The translations under genes and the position numbers were made by a program. The notes below the pieces were generated by a model. The model saw only the letters and a program-made list of their open reading frames with translations. It ran no database searches and was not told where the DNA came from. Shown here piece by piece: positions 11,295 to 21,611 of a stretch of DNA of 64,000 bases (position 1 is the first letter of the stretch; each line of letters opens with the position of its first letter). The DNA comes from Trueperaceae bacterium (GTDB taxonomy: Bacteria; Deinococcota; Deinococci; Deinococcales; Trueperaceae): positions 2,624,001-2,688,000 of the forward strand of contig OZ243927.1 in assembly GCA_965213925.1 (NCBI GenBank). The letters run 5' to 3'.

Positions 11295-11630
11295 ATGAAA
11301 GTATCCGAGGTTTTTAAGCAGTTTGTCAATGCCGTGAAGTATGAACCTGAGCATCATAGGGTTGATGTGTTGGCGGCGGAGTTGGTAAGCGCGTTAGCGT
11401 TAGCCCCCGAACGCCGCGCCCTCGCTGCCATTGTCTATTTCGAGCAGACGGATGAATTAGAAGATACAGCTTTAGCGCTGCTCGAAAACATGTACGGCGT
11501 CAAAGCAACAGTCAAGGCGCTCAATCCTCAAAACTGGACCTACCGCCAAGTCACGCTGAGCTTAGAAGACGAACCCGTGCCTTTTGTGGGTGCGGTCGTT
11601 CAAGAGCGGTTTGTAGGGATGGCGGTATGA
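11295..11630 (+). CDS. Hypothetical protein, first gene of a leading-region-like operon
   Basis: AAGGAG RBS; ATGA overlap with the next ORF. Confidence 0.6.
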   Translation: MKVSEVFKQFVNAVKYEPEHHRVDVLAAELVSALALAPERRALAAIVYFEQTDELEDTALALLENMYGVKATVKALNPQNWTYRQVTLSLEDEPVPFVGAVVQERFVGMAV

Positions 11631-11839
11631 GTGCCGCCCTCTCCCTCGTAGACTGCCCAACCTGTCAAGGTGAAGGGTTTGTCCTCGCCAACGAAGGACA
11701 CGCCAGCGAGTCGCCTATTCGCTGCGCTGCATGTGATGGTTCAGGCACGCTCGAGGTCTGCGGCGGGTGCGGCAACGTGCCTACCGTCGAAGCTGGGCTC
11801 GAGGTGTGCCCCTGCGTGAAGGTGCAGGTGGCAGCGTGA
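11627..11839 (+). CDS. Small DnaJ-type zinc-finger protein
   Basis: CPTCQGEG and CAACDGSG repeats plus further CxxC; translationally coupled. Confidence 0.55.
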   Translation: MSAALSLVDCPTCQGEGFVLANEGHASESPIRCAACDGSGTLEVCGGCGNVPTVEAGLEVCPCVKVQVAA

Positions 11840-12660
11840 GTCAGGCGAAGGTTGAAAAGACCCACCGCGCCGCTGCGTTGCTCGCTGAAAGCGTTGAGCG
11901 CTTGTTAAGCAGTGACACCTATCAGGACGCCCTACGCTTCCGTGCAGGGTTCCAAACTCGCTACAGCTTTTGCAACTTGTGGCTCATCTACATGCAGAAA
12001 CCCGACGCCACGATGGTCGCGGGCTACAAAAAGTGGCAAAAGGTAGGGCGGCCGGTCAAGAAAGGCGAAAAGAGCCTCGCCATTTTCGCCCCCTTGACCA
12101 AGAAGGATAAGGAGACAGGCGAAACGGAGGTGTTCGGCTTCCGTTCGGCAACCGTTTTTGACGTGAGCCAGACCGAAGGCGAGCCGCTACCCGAGATGCC
12201 CCGTCCAGTGGTGCTCGAGGACGACAGCACGCAGATTCGCGAGGTATTAGGGAGGCTCGAGCACTTCACCCGTATGAGCGGTTTTACGCTGAGCACTAAA
12301 TCGCTAGGACGTGCGTTCGGTTCGTTTTCACCTGCCACAAAAAGCATCACCCTACGTGACAACCTCCCGCCCCTGCAACGCTTGAAAACGTTGGTTCACG
12401 AGGTCGCGCACGGCTTGCTTCACCAAGATACCCCTCTTACCGAAGCCACCCGCCACCTCGAGGAATTAGAAGCGGAGTCATGCGCCTTTATCGTCCTCCA
12501 CAGTTTAGGACTCGATACGAGCCGTTATAGCTTCCCCTATCTAGCGCACTGGGTAGAGCAGCCCGAAGACCTCTTACCCGCAGCGGAGCGAGCAAGTAAG
12601 GCAGCCGATACTATTTTGGCTGCGCTCACCGAGGCTCGAGAATTAGCGGTGGCAGCATGA
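11836..12660 (+). CDS. ArdC-like ssDNA-binding antirestriction protein with metallopeptidase domain
   Basis: YSFCNLWLI...VAGYKKWQKVGR.VKKGEK...VFDVSQTEG; HEVAH and ELEAES motifs. Confidence 0.85.
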   Translation: MSQAKVEKTHRAAALLAESVERLLSSDTYQDALRFRAGFQTRYSFCNLWLIYMQKPDATMVAGYKKWQKVGRPVKKGEKSLAIFAPLTKKDKETGETEVFGFRSATVFDVSQTEGEPLPEMPRPVVLEDDSTQIREVLGRLEHFTRMSGFTLSTKSLGRAFGSFSPATKSITLRDNLPPLQRLKTLVHEVAHGLLHQDTPLTEATRHLEELEAESCAFIVLHSLGLDTSRYSFPYLAHWVEQPEDLLPAAERASKAADTILAALTEARELAVAA

Positions 12661-12793
12661 CACCGAGTAGGAACGCGCCTAAACACTCCAACCTCGCCAA
12701 CCCAACACCGCGTTATCAGATGCGCCGCGAGAACAAGACGAAACGGCGCAAGCGTAAAAACACCGTCTGTCTCGTTATGTTGAGGAGACTAGC

Positions 12794-13555
12794 ATGAGCA
12801 AGTCATCATCTGTGAACTGGGAGACGCTGCACCAGCAGCTCTCCCAACTTTTCTCGAGTGAACACATCCAATACCGCGCTGGCGTGGTGAGCCGAGATAA
12901 GAAACGAGCCCAAGCCTTGCCTTATGCCGAGCCGAGAGTCTACGAAGACAGGCTCAACCAAGTCTGCCCCGAAGCGTGGAACGTGTCGTTTGCCCCCTGG
13001 GGTGAGCGCATCATCTGTTCCTTGACCATCCACAACCTCACCAGGAGCAGCACGGGCGAGAGCGACCAAGCCGGGACGAGCGCCGAAGCGCAGGCGTTCA
13101 AGCGGGCATGTTCTAAGTTCGGCTTAGGAAGGTTTCTCTACAGCATGGATGCGCCCTGGGTGCGCTACGACGAAGATAAAAGGCGCTTAGCGGAGCAACC
13201 GCGCCCGGTGCTCCCTGGTTTGAGAACGAAACCAACTACTGACTCGAGCCCATCCGAGAAAGAGCAGGAGGCGGCGAAAGACCGCCCCGCCGATGACGAA
13301 CTGCTCAGCAAACACCGCGCTCACCTCTTGCACAAAGAGCTAGGCAGCCTCCCTAACATTCTCAGTAGGGAACACACCGAACTCGCCTCACACGTCACTC
13401 AACACCCCATCGAGAGCTTTACCGAACTCTGTGAGAAAGAGGCGCGGCAACTGCTCGCGTATGCCCGCAAGGTGAACGAGGAGCGTGAAGAGGAGATACC
13501 GAAACGTCCACCTAAACGACAAAAGCGAAGAGCAGCGCAAGAGGTTAGGGCGTGA
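12794..13555 (+). CDS. Rad52/Rad22-family ssDNA-annealing protein (DdrA-like)
   Basis: ALPYAEPRVYEDRLNQVCPEAW and AFKRACSKFGLGRFLY motifs. Confidence 0.8.
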   Translation: MSKSSSVNWETLHQQLSQLFSSEHIQYRAGVVSRDKKRAQALPYAEPRVYEDRLNQVCPEAWNVSFAPWGERIICSLTIHNLTRSSTGESDQAGTSAEAQAFKRACSKFGLGRFLYSMDAPWVRYDEDKRRLAEQPRPVLPGLRTKPTTDSSPSEKEQEAAKDRPADDELLSKHRAHLLHKELGSLPNILSREHTELASHVTQHPIESFTELCEKEARQLLAYARKVNEEREEEIPKRPPKRQKRRAAQEVRA

Positions 13556-13752
13556 AGGTGAAGCGGAAACCCAAGCTCGATAAAACAATCCGCGCTCTAC
13601 TCAAGCAAGCGCTCGAGACCCACCCCGACCTACTCCAATACTTAGGTGTAGGAAATTCTAAGACCATGCTTATTGATACCGACTACCAAGTTGTCACGCC
13701 GCAAACGAACAGGAGAGGAGCCTAGCGCTCCTCTTTTTTACAAGGAGTCTTT

Positions 13753-15537
13753 ATGTCAGAAACCGCGACGCAATCCAAGAAGACCCGCACCCGCAAGCCA
13801 AAAGCTAAGACGCAGCAGGAGATGGGCGGTATACGCGCAATCAAACACAGCGACCTCACCCCGAGCCCCTTGAACCCCCGTAAACGTTTTGATGAACAGG
13901 CAACCAAAGACCTCGCTTCGAGCATCAACGAAAAGGGCATCCTGCAAAACCTCGTAGCGAGACCTAAAGGAGAAGGTGAAGGCTACGAAATCGCCGCCGG
14001 AGAACGGCGCTATAGAGCGGTAGCTTTGCTTATCAAGCAAAAGGAATTACCCGAGGACTACACCCTCCCTGTCAAAGTTCAAAACTTGAGCGACTTAGAG
14101 CTTGTTCAACTCGCTACGAGCGAAAACAGCGACCGAGCCGACATGCACCCGTTAGAAGATGCCGAGGCGTATAGAACGATGCTCGAGTTAGGTACAGATA
14201 TAGAGAGCATCGCCCTCAGAATGAGTAAGAGCGAGCAGACGGTGAAACAGCGTCTCGCTTTAGCCGAGAAGTTGAGTGAGGAGGTCAAAGAGGCGTATTA
14301 CAATGGCGACCTCATTTTGAGTCAAGCGCAAGCCTTGACCGCTGCTAGCTTTGAGATGCAAACTAGCTTGCTCGAGACCATCCAGAGCGACCCTTATGGT
14401 GAGTGGGACGCTTACGCTATTCGCCAATTCTTAAACGACCACCTCATTCCGGTAGCCAACGCCATCTTCCCCCTCGAGCACTATCAAGGCGAACTCAGCA
14501 ACGACCTCTTCAGCGACGACGCTGAAACATGCTTTCTCGATACGGAGCAAGCCAAACGATTACAGCTTGAAGCACTCGAGCAGATGAAAGTGAAGTACCA
14601 AAAGACCTGGGCGTGGGTCGAAGTGCTCACCTCTTACAACTTCTACCGCTGGAATTATGAAACGTACGAAAAGACCGACCCGACAACTCAGGGCGTCATC
14701 ATTACGCTAAGCCCACACAGCTTAGAGGTCTCTGTGCACGAAGGGCTGACGAAGCGAGAGAAGGACTCGAGCCTCACGTCCTCGACATCGACGCCAGCAA
14801 CCACAGCAACAGACTCGAGCCCAACAAAGCCCAAGAAGCCGAAAGACGCCTACACGAGGAAACAACTCGAGACCGCCTGCAAGCTCAAGACGGTGGCGCT
14901 GCAAGACGAACTCACCCAATCGTTCCGCACCTGCCTCATCCTAAACATCATGGGACTGCTCGGCGTGAACGACGTAAAAATCAAAGGCGACGCGCCCGCG
15001 CTCGGTACGAACTTTCAGAGTGAGAGGCTCGAGTCCCGCTTCAAGGAACACGAAGCGAAGCTCAACGAGTCGTTAGATAAACGCGAAGCAGGGGGCTACC
15101 CTCTCAAAGTTCATACCTACGGCGAAGGTCAAGCAAAACTCTATACCTATCTCAAAGCGCTACCCGACGAGCAACTTCATGAACTGTTCTGTGCTCTCAC
15201 CGCCGTTTATGTAGGCAACTGGAACGACTACAACACGGACACCGGAGACCGCCCTCTAGCGCTCGAGGTTGCCAAAGACTTAGACCTCGATATGTACCAG
15301 CACTTCACCTTAAACGAGGACTACTTGAAGCTCTACCGCAAGAACCAACTTCACGCTTTGGCTCGAGAGGTGGGCATCTCCTTCAACACTGAAGGGCTGA
15401 AGACGGAGGTGCTACGTAACCTCATCTTGGAGCGAGCAGAGGGCAAAGCCTACTTGCCGGGTCCGCTGCACTGGTTTGAAGCGGGACAAGAACCGCCGGA
15501 GGGGGAGGTGAAAGAGGCGTTGGCGGAGGCTGCTTAG
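13753..15537 (+). CDS. Long ParB/RepB/Spo0J-family protein
   Basis: NPRKRF...LASSINEKGILQNL...AGERRYRA...SENSDRADMHPLEDAEAY. Confidence 0.88.
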   Translation: MSETATQSKKTRTRKPKAKTQQEMGGIRAIKHSDLTPSPLNPRKRFDEQATKDLASSINEKGILQNLVARPKGEGEGYEIAAGERRYRAVALLIKQKELPEDYTLPVKVQNLSDLELVQLATSENSDRADMHPLEDAEAYRTMLELGTDIESIALRMSKSEQTVKQRLALAEKLSEEVKEAYYNGDLILSQAQALTAASFEMQTSLLETIQSDPYGEWDAYAIRQFLNDHLIPVANAIFPLEHYQGELSNDLFSDDAETCFLDTEQAKRLQLEALEQMKVKYQKTWAWVEVLTSYNFYRWNYETYEKTDPTTQGVIITLSPHSLEVSVHEGLTKREKDSSLTSSTSTPATTATDSSPTKPKKPKDAYTRKQLETACKLKTVALQDELTQSFRTCLILNIMGLLGVNDVKIKGDAPALGTNFQSERLESRFKEHEAKLNESLDKREAGGYPLKVHTYGEGQAKLYTYLKALPDEQLHELFCALTAVYVGNWNDYNTDTGDRPLALEVAKDLDLDMYQHFTLNEDYLKLYRKNQLHALAREVGISFNTEGLKTEVLRNLILERAEGKAYLPGPLHWFEAGQEPPEGEVKEALAEAA

Positions 15538-15601
15538 ACGTAAATCCTAAAGTGAGGGGGCACACGTCCCCTCAAGCCACGTTTCAATAAAGGAGAAGGA
15601 C

Positions 15602-16288
15602 ATGCAAGGTACGAACCGTACCCACCACATCGGCGCAGCGATTGAATCTCACATGCGTTACACAGCAGACAACCGCGCTATCTTGAGTTTCACTTTGGGC
15701 ATCCGCGAAGAGGTCGAAAGAAGAACAAAAACGGCTTACCTACCCGTCATCCTCTTCGGCTCTTATGCCGAGGCGCTCAAGCCCCTCCTTACCCCAAGTA
15801 GCGTTGTAGAACTCTTCGGCAGGTTAGAGCAGTCTACCTTTGAGGACGACGCGGGCAAGCTGCGTACAAACAACACGCTCATCCCCGAGCAACTCCTTGT
15901 TTTAGAAGGTGACTTCACCTTCTTCACCGATAAGAAGGGGCAGAGGCTCTTACAAGGCGGCTTAAACGAAATTACCCTCTCTGGCAACACCACCAAAGAC
16001 GCCGACCTCCGCGCTACGAGTGGAGGCGCTAAGGTGACGAATTTGCGCTTAGCGGTGAACGAACGTCAGGGTGAGCGTGAGCACGTCCTCTACCTCAATG
16101 TCACAGGCTGGAACGCCCAGGCAGAGCACTTCGAGTCCCTCCAACGAGGCGACGGAGTGAGCGTCACAGGGAGACTCCTCAATGACAGCTACAAGCGAGA
16201 CGGCGAGATGGTCTACACCTTGCAACTCGAGGCAAACCGCGCCTATCCTCTCAAAGCTAAGAAACGCACCCCCATCGCCGATGTCTAA
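15602..16288 (+). CDS. ssb: Single-stranded DNA-binding protein with two OB folds
   Basis: Two SSB-like halves (GTNRTHHIG...MRYT; GLNEITLSGNTTKDADLR), the Deinococcus/Thermus architecture; no acidic PF tail. Confidence 0.8.
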   Translation: MQGTNRTHHIGAAIESHMRYTADNRAILSFTLGIREEVERRTKTAYLPVILFGSYAEALKPLLTPSSVVELFGRLEQSTFEDDAGKLRTNNTLIPEQLLVLEGDFTFFTDKKGQRLLQGGLNEITLSGNTTKDADLRATSGGAKVTNLRLAVNERQGEREHVLYLNVTGWNAQAEHFESLQRGDGVSVTGRLLNDSYKRDGEMVYTLQLEANRAYPLKAKKRTPIADV

Positions 16289-16682
16289 TCTATTCGACGA
16301 ACTCAAGAAGCTGTTTGGCTCGGATGAAGAAGACGTAGACGAAACCACACACTTCGAACGAGAACGAGATCGCGTCACTAAAGCCTTTACCGACGCCGGG
16401 CTCAGCGAGGAGCACGCGAAAGACCTCGCTACGAAGTTCATCACCGGCTACTTGGACTACGGCTCAGGAAGAGGTGGATTGCATCCCGACCAAATCGCCG
16501 AACTTATCGAGCGGAACGTCTTCACCTTCGGTACGCGCCGCCTTGTTTTAGACATCGAACTCGCCTCGGACGAGTACCATCTGAACCTGAAGGTGCTCGC
16601 GGCAGGTAACGATGCAGCGAATCAGCTCGAGCAGATGGCGAAAGCCGTTCATAAACGCAGTCATGAGGGGGAGCCTTCGTAA
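16281..16682 (+). CDS. Hypothetical protein
   Basis: ATG overlaps the end of ssb; operon context. Confidence 0.5.
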   Translation: MSNLFDELKKLFGSDEEDVDETTHFERERDRVTKAFTDAGLSEEHAKDLATKFITGYLDYGSGRGGLHPDQIAELIERNVFTFGTRRLVLDIELASDEYHLNLKVLAAGNDAANQLEQMAKAVHKRSHEGEPS

Positions 16683-16845
16683 ACCTATACAGATTGGGTG
16701 GGAAGAACGGAAAGAAAGGAGCCGCGCCCTCAAGATGATGTGATGCGCAGTGCTCGGCGCGGCTCGAGACTCAGTGTAAAAAACACCTTCTGACATGATT
16801 CTGACGTACCAACGTCAATTTCACCTGACCTCCGAAAGGAGACCC

Positions 16846-17427
16846 ATGTTCTTCGCCTTCATGTCCCGCCTGCGCTTCATCGAAAGGTGGAGCACCATGC
16901 GCAAAACCAGACGCGAGAACGTTTTAGAGCACACCGCCCAAGTCGCGATGATCGTTCACGCGCTAGCCTTGCTTAGTAACGAACGGCACGGCGGGACGTA
17001 CAACCCCAACAAGCTCGCCACCTACGCCCTCTATCACGACGCTGACGAAGTCCTCACGGGTGATCTGCCCACGCCCGTCAAGTATCACAACCCGCAGATG
17101 CGAGAGGTATATGCGCTCATTGAAACGGATGCTCGAGCCAGGCTTCTCAAGATGCTGCCTGAAGACTTACAACCGCACTACCGACCGCTTATTACAAGTG
17201 ACCTCGAGCCCGACGAAGCCAAGCTGCTCAAAGCGGCGGACCGGCTCACGGCGTACCTCAAGTGTTTAGAAGAAAAATCACTCGGCAACGGTGACTTCAG
17301 TTCGGCGGAGCGGGAGATCAGGGCGGACTTAGAGGCGCTCGAGCTGCCCGAGGTGAAGGACTTTCTTGAGACCTTTGCCGAAGCCTTTACGCTCAACCTG
17401 GATGAGCTAAGTGGGCGCGAGGTGTAG
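16846..17427 (+). CDS. HD-domain 5'-deoxynucleotidase (YfbR-like)
   Basis: FFAFMSRLRFIERW...ENVLEH...HDADEVLTGDLPTPVKY...KAADRLTAYLKC. Confidence 0.88.
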   Translation: MFFAFMSRLRFIERWSTMRKTRRENVLEHTAQVAMIVHALALLSNERHGGTYNPNKLATYALYHDADEVLTGDLPTPVKYHNPQMREVYALIETDARARLLKMLPEDLQPHYRPLITSDLEPDEAKLLKAADRLTAYLKCLEEKSLGNGDFSSAEREIRADLEALELPEVKDFLETFAEAFTLNLDELSGREV

Positions 17428-17484
17428 CTTTAGCGGATGAGCAGCTTGTTAGGAGCCGAGGTCCTAACCCTCAGAAAGGAACCT

Positions 17485-17985
17485 ATGCTCGCCGAACTTT
17501 GTAGCATAGCAGGGATGCGTTCACTCTCACCCACAGCCAAGGTGCTCTATCTCTACTTGCTTCCTCAAGACAAGGTCGAGCTGTCTCGCCGCGAGCTCGC
17601 GCGGCAGCTCGGCTTCCGCTTTGAGAACGCCCCGAACCTTCATTACGCCTTGGAAGAGTTAAGAGAGGCGGGCTTGCTCGAGTACCTCGGCACGCCGCAA
17701 CAGGGTCGTCAAACGCCCTTTCGTCTCCTTAGTCATAATGCGCCGAGGGGCTTCAAAGGGCGTAAGATGCGGTCTTTGCCTACGGAACTTCATACGGAAA
17801 GCCCTACGGTTCAGGCAAGCTACCTCTACTTGCTCGGCGCCCCGGGGAGCCACACCACGAAGGAAGTCGAGGCTGCGCTCGGCGTCAGCTATATCGGAGC
17901 TTACCGCGCGTTGCGGCGGCTTCTCGAGTTGGAGCTAATCCGCCACGCGGAGGGTCAAAACCCGCAGCGTTTTATGCTGCAATGA
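17485..17985 (+). CDS. Protein with two winged-HTH repeats
   Basis: LSPTAKVLYLYL...SRRELARQLG and SPTVQASYLYL...TTKEVEAALG; AAGGA RBS. Confidence 0.6.
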   Translation: MLAELCSIAGMRSLSPTAKVLYLYLLPQDKVELSRRELARQLGFRFENAPNLHYALEELREAGLLEYLGTPQQGRQTPFRLLSHNAPRGFKGRKMRSLPTELHTESPTVQASYLYLLGAPGSHTTKEVEAALGVSYIGAYRALRRLLELELIRHAEGQNPQRFMLQ

Positions 17986-18176
17986 GTTTTTTGTAGAACT
18001 CGAGAAACAACTTTACGACACGTTCCTTACTCCGTAGTTGGCGTGGTATCAGCTTGCGCTAGGGTATTAGAATTGCGCTCCTCTACCTCTTCCGTGCGCT
18101 CGGGTTCGTCGCGCGGTGCAGGTGTAGGTGTCGCTAGGTTTAAGTCGAAGAGTAAACGATCTTTCTTAGCTTTGAG

Positions 18177-18641
18177 GTGCTCGCCGAGGACGCTTTTGAG
18201 TCACCCCTCCTCCAACGCTCCGGCTGCTTCGAGTGCCAGAACTGTACGACCTATGAGTACTTCGCGCCGCTCCTCCAATTCCTGCTCAGAGCGCTCTTTT
18301 TCCGCCCGGATTTTTGTCAGGCGGGTCTCCGAAGAGGTGGACGCCGCCGGGGTACGGAGTCCTTGCTGCTTAGCGTCGAGCGTACAGTCAACGAGGCTGT
18401 AGCGCGGATGTCTGACCGGCTCGCCAAGCTCCTCGCCCGCACCGCTATCGAGAGCAGCGCGACGCGCAAAGCGCAGAACATCTACAAGCACCTCGAGGGG
18501 GCTCCCGAAGCCACCATACGCGAGGTGAATGACCTGGCTTGGCAGCGTGCGGTCAAGATGCTCAAGGAGCGGCACGGTGACATCCATGAGGTCGCAGCGG
18601 CCCTGAGCTATCTGAGTTACGAGGTCGGTTCAGATGAGTGA
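18177..18641 (+). CDS. Hypothetical mobilisation accessory protein
   Basis: Overlaps the relaxase start; exact start uncertain. Confidence 0.4.
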   Translation: MLAEDAFESPLLQRSGCFECQNCTTYEYFAPLLQFLLRALFFRPDFCQAGLRRGGRRRGTESLLLSVERTVNEAVARMSDRLAKLLARTAIESSATRKAQNIYKHLEGAPEATIREVNDLAWQRAVKMLKERHGDIHEVAAALSYLSYEVGSDE

Positions 18642-19332
18642 CCCGGTCTTCGGCGAGATCGCACGAGAGGAAGGGCGCGGCTATTTAGGGCGGCGTACGA
18701 TTTCGGTGGTGAGGCTGCCTCAATACCGTGCTCCTTTGGCTCGAGCGGGCAGCGTCTCATCGCGACCAAACACCAAGAGAGCCGTGATCAAAATGAACTA
18801 CGTGATTCGAGGACGGGGGAGCGCCCGCTGCATTAAAGCGAGTGCGCGGTACTACCAGACCCGCGAGACGGAGGCGGGCGAGCGCGTCGTGCGCCCCGCC
18901 TTCGCCGAGGACGCCGAGGTGCTGTCCCGCCAAGAGGTCAACCATCGGCTTTCGGAAGCAGACCAGACCCACCGGCTGCACTACCGCGTCGTGCTGTCGC
19001 CGGGAACGGACCGAAACGCCGAAGGTGGCGATCTCGAGGGGTGGACGCGGGGTGTCATGCGCGACTTAGGGACGAGGCACGGCTCCTCCTGGCTCGCCGT
19101 CGCGCACGCCCGTGAAACGGCACACACTCCCTACGCTCACGTCCACGTCCTCGCCTCGGTGGACGCCAAGGTCAACAAGACAACGCTACAAACGTGGCGC
19201 GAGATTGCAGACTAGGCATGGGGACGTGAACTGAACTTCCAGCGCTCGCTCGAGCCTAACGGCTGGAGTGAAGGGGATATGCGGCAGGTGCGTGAGCGCT
19301 TTGCCCGTCTGCAGCAGGGGCTCGAGCGGTGA
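18634..19332 (+). pseudogene. HUH relaxase (VirD2/MobP-like) with an in-frame TAG at 19213-19215
   Basis: AVIKMNY...ARYYQTRE...HYRVVLSP...WLAVAH...HVHV; the frame continues past TAG to ...QGLER*, overlapping the next GTG. Confidence 0.75.
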
Positions 19333-21314
19333 GCGTCCGTTACCCTTTACTCGTCAGCATAGCTGGCGTCGGTTTCGTGATCTCGGTCGCCCTCTTCTTG
19401 ATACCCGTAATCGAAGTGTACCGGAGCGAGCACCGCCGCCTCCTCGCGCTGTATGCGCCCGTGATTGACGCACCAGCGCAGGCATATGTGCAGTGTTTTA
19501 TGGCGCAGGGGTGCTTCGCACAGTGGTCGAGCGCGGTCAATACCGTCGCGCCGCTACCTTTTCTAGGCGTGCTCGCGTCACTCGTTCTAGCTGCGTGCGG
19601 CTTAGACCCGAAGTAAATCTCGAGGGTCTACACGGGCACCTTCGGCGACCGTGCACACTTCCGCTCGCTGCGTCTCGCCGACCCCTTACACGACCCGGTG
19701 GCGGGCAGGTCGCTCCTCATTGGCTATCACGTGCCGCTCCCCGACACGCAGCCCGAGCGCGCCCTAACGCTCCAGGGTGAGCGTTTAGAAGGGCTCGACC
19801 CTCAGCTCCTCGCGCTGCAGCCCGGCTACGGAGGGCGACCTGAACTCGGCCACGCTGCGGTGTTCGGCGCAACGCGCTCGGGTAAGTCGCTCCACCTGAC
19901 CGCGCAGCTCGGACGCTGGTCGGGTTCATTCGCCGCTCTGGACATCCGGGGCGAACTTTACCGGCGCACCGCTGGGCTCAAGGCGCGAGGCGGCGAGGTG
20001 GTGGTGCTGAGCCCCGAGGGAGTCGGTGCGCGTTACGACGCGCTCTCCGAAATCATCGCCACATGCAACGGCTACGCGACTGCCGCCGAGATCATCGCCG
20101 CGCGGCATGAGGATCAAGAAAAGGCGTTCGCAGACCGGGCGGCGTCGGGCATCGAGGCGGCGCTGCGGGCAGCGGTGCGTCTGGGCGAACGCCCAATCCC
20201 CTTCCTGCGCAGGTTGGTGAAAGAGGGCGGAGTCAAAACCTTCGTCGAGACGATCTACGCGGTGAACGACGACGAGACCCGAGTGGCGCTCAACACCTTC
20301 TTAGACCCGAACTCGGGGGCGGACTTCAGCCCGGCTAAGGTCCTCGAGGACAAGTTCTTGGTAAGTTCGTGGGGCTCGATGCGCAACAAGCTTAAACCGT
20401 TCCTACGTGCTGGTGTACAGTCCCTCTTCAGCGGCAGCGACTTCAGCGCTGCCGACCTGATGAAGCGGCCCACGGGTGTCTACCTGCAGTTTCCGGAGGA
20501 GACGCCGGAGGCAACGAAGACGGTCTATGACCTGGTGGTCTCGAGCCTACTACGCGGGATGATGCGCTTCGTCGACCGCGAACGGCAGGGGGCACTACCG
20601 CGTGTGCCCGTGCTCGTTGGGTTAGACGAAGCGGCGACCGCGCCCCTAGCCGACCTCAAGACGCTTCTGGCGACCACCGCCAGCCGGGGCATCTCGGCGC
20701 TCGTATACCTGCAATCCCCGTCGCAGTTCGACGACCTCTACGGCAAGAACGTGACAACTTCCATTCTGGCGAACTGCTCGCTGGAGCTGTACTACAAGAT
20801 CGAGGACCTCGCTACGGCGCGTTACGTGTTTGAGCGCTGCGGCAAGACGTCGGCTCCGACCGAGGCGAAGAGCCAGCGGCGGCAGCTTTTCGCGCCGCCC
20901 CCGACGGTGTCGCAGAGCACCACCGGACGCGAGGTACTGACGGTTGACGAAGCGATGCTCGTCGGCGGTGAAACGCGCCAGGTCGCCTTGGGCTTCGTCT
21001 CCGGCAAGCGACCGCTGCTCTTCAAACGCTTCAACTACTACGAGCATCCGTGGCTGGACAAGCTGATGGCCGCCTACCCTGCGCCCGAACTCGAGACGTC
21101 CGTGCCGCAGTCTGAACCGACACGCGACCCTGTCCAAGCCCCGCTCCAGCGTCTAAGCCGGTCGCGGAGACGCCTGACATCTAACGCCTCCGCACCGAGC
21201 CGCCCAGGCACGTCTGGCGCGGCTCGAGCAAGACGACGCAACCTGGCTGCCCGAAGCGTCGCTCGGTTTGCGCAGCGAGCAAGGCGCGTTGCTCACTCTG
21301 TCTTATACCCATAA
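19329..21314 (+). pseudogene. VirD4/TraG-like type IV coupling protein with an in-frame TAA at 19614-19616
   Basis: ORF 19329-19616 (two TM segments) is in frame with 19698-21314, which has GATRSGKS, LDEAA and LQSPSQFDDLYG. Confidence 0.8.
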
Positions 21315-21611
21315 CCTTCCCTTAGCGGACGCCTTGCCACGCTTCGCCTCCCGTGACCCGCGAGAGGAGGTGCGCTTCGGTGTTCGCGTTGGCTACCAGG
21401 TGATGCTAGGGAGACCTTGACCTCCCTTGAGTTGTAGAGCACATGCTGCTACGTTGGCTAAAGGCATGAGAATGAGCTATTCGTCGTGACGCGGTGAACT
21501 TACCGCAACACTGTTGTCCGCGAGGAAGCTGCGGCGCTTTTGCAGGAGCTGTTAGTGAGGCTCGGTTAGGTCATAAAGTTGCTTTCTTGGCATGTCTCTT
21601 GTGCGTGTGAC

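Noticed and set aside
12661..12800. RDRM radiation-response operator before the DdrA-like gene
   Set aside because: No convincing 17-bp palindrome seen.
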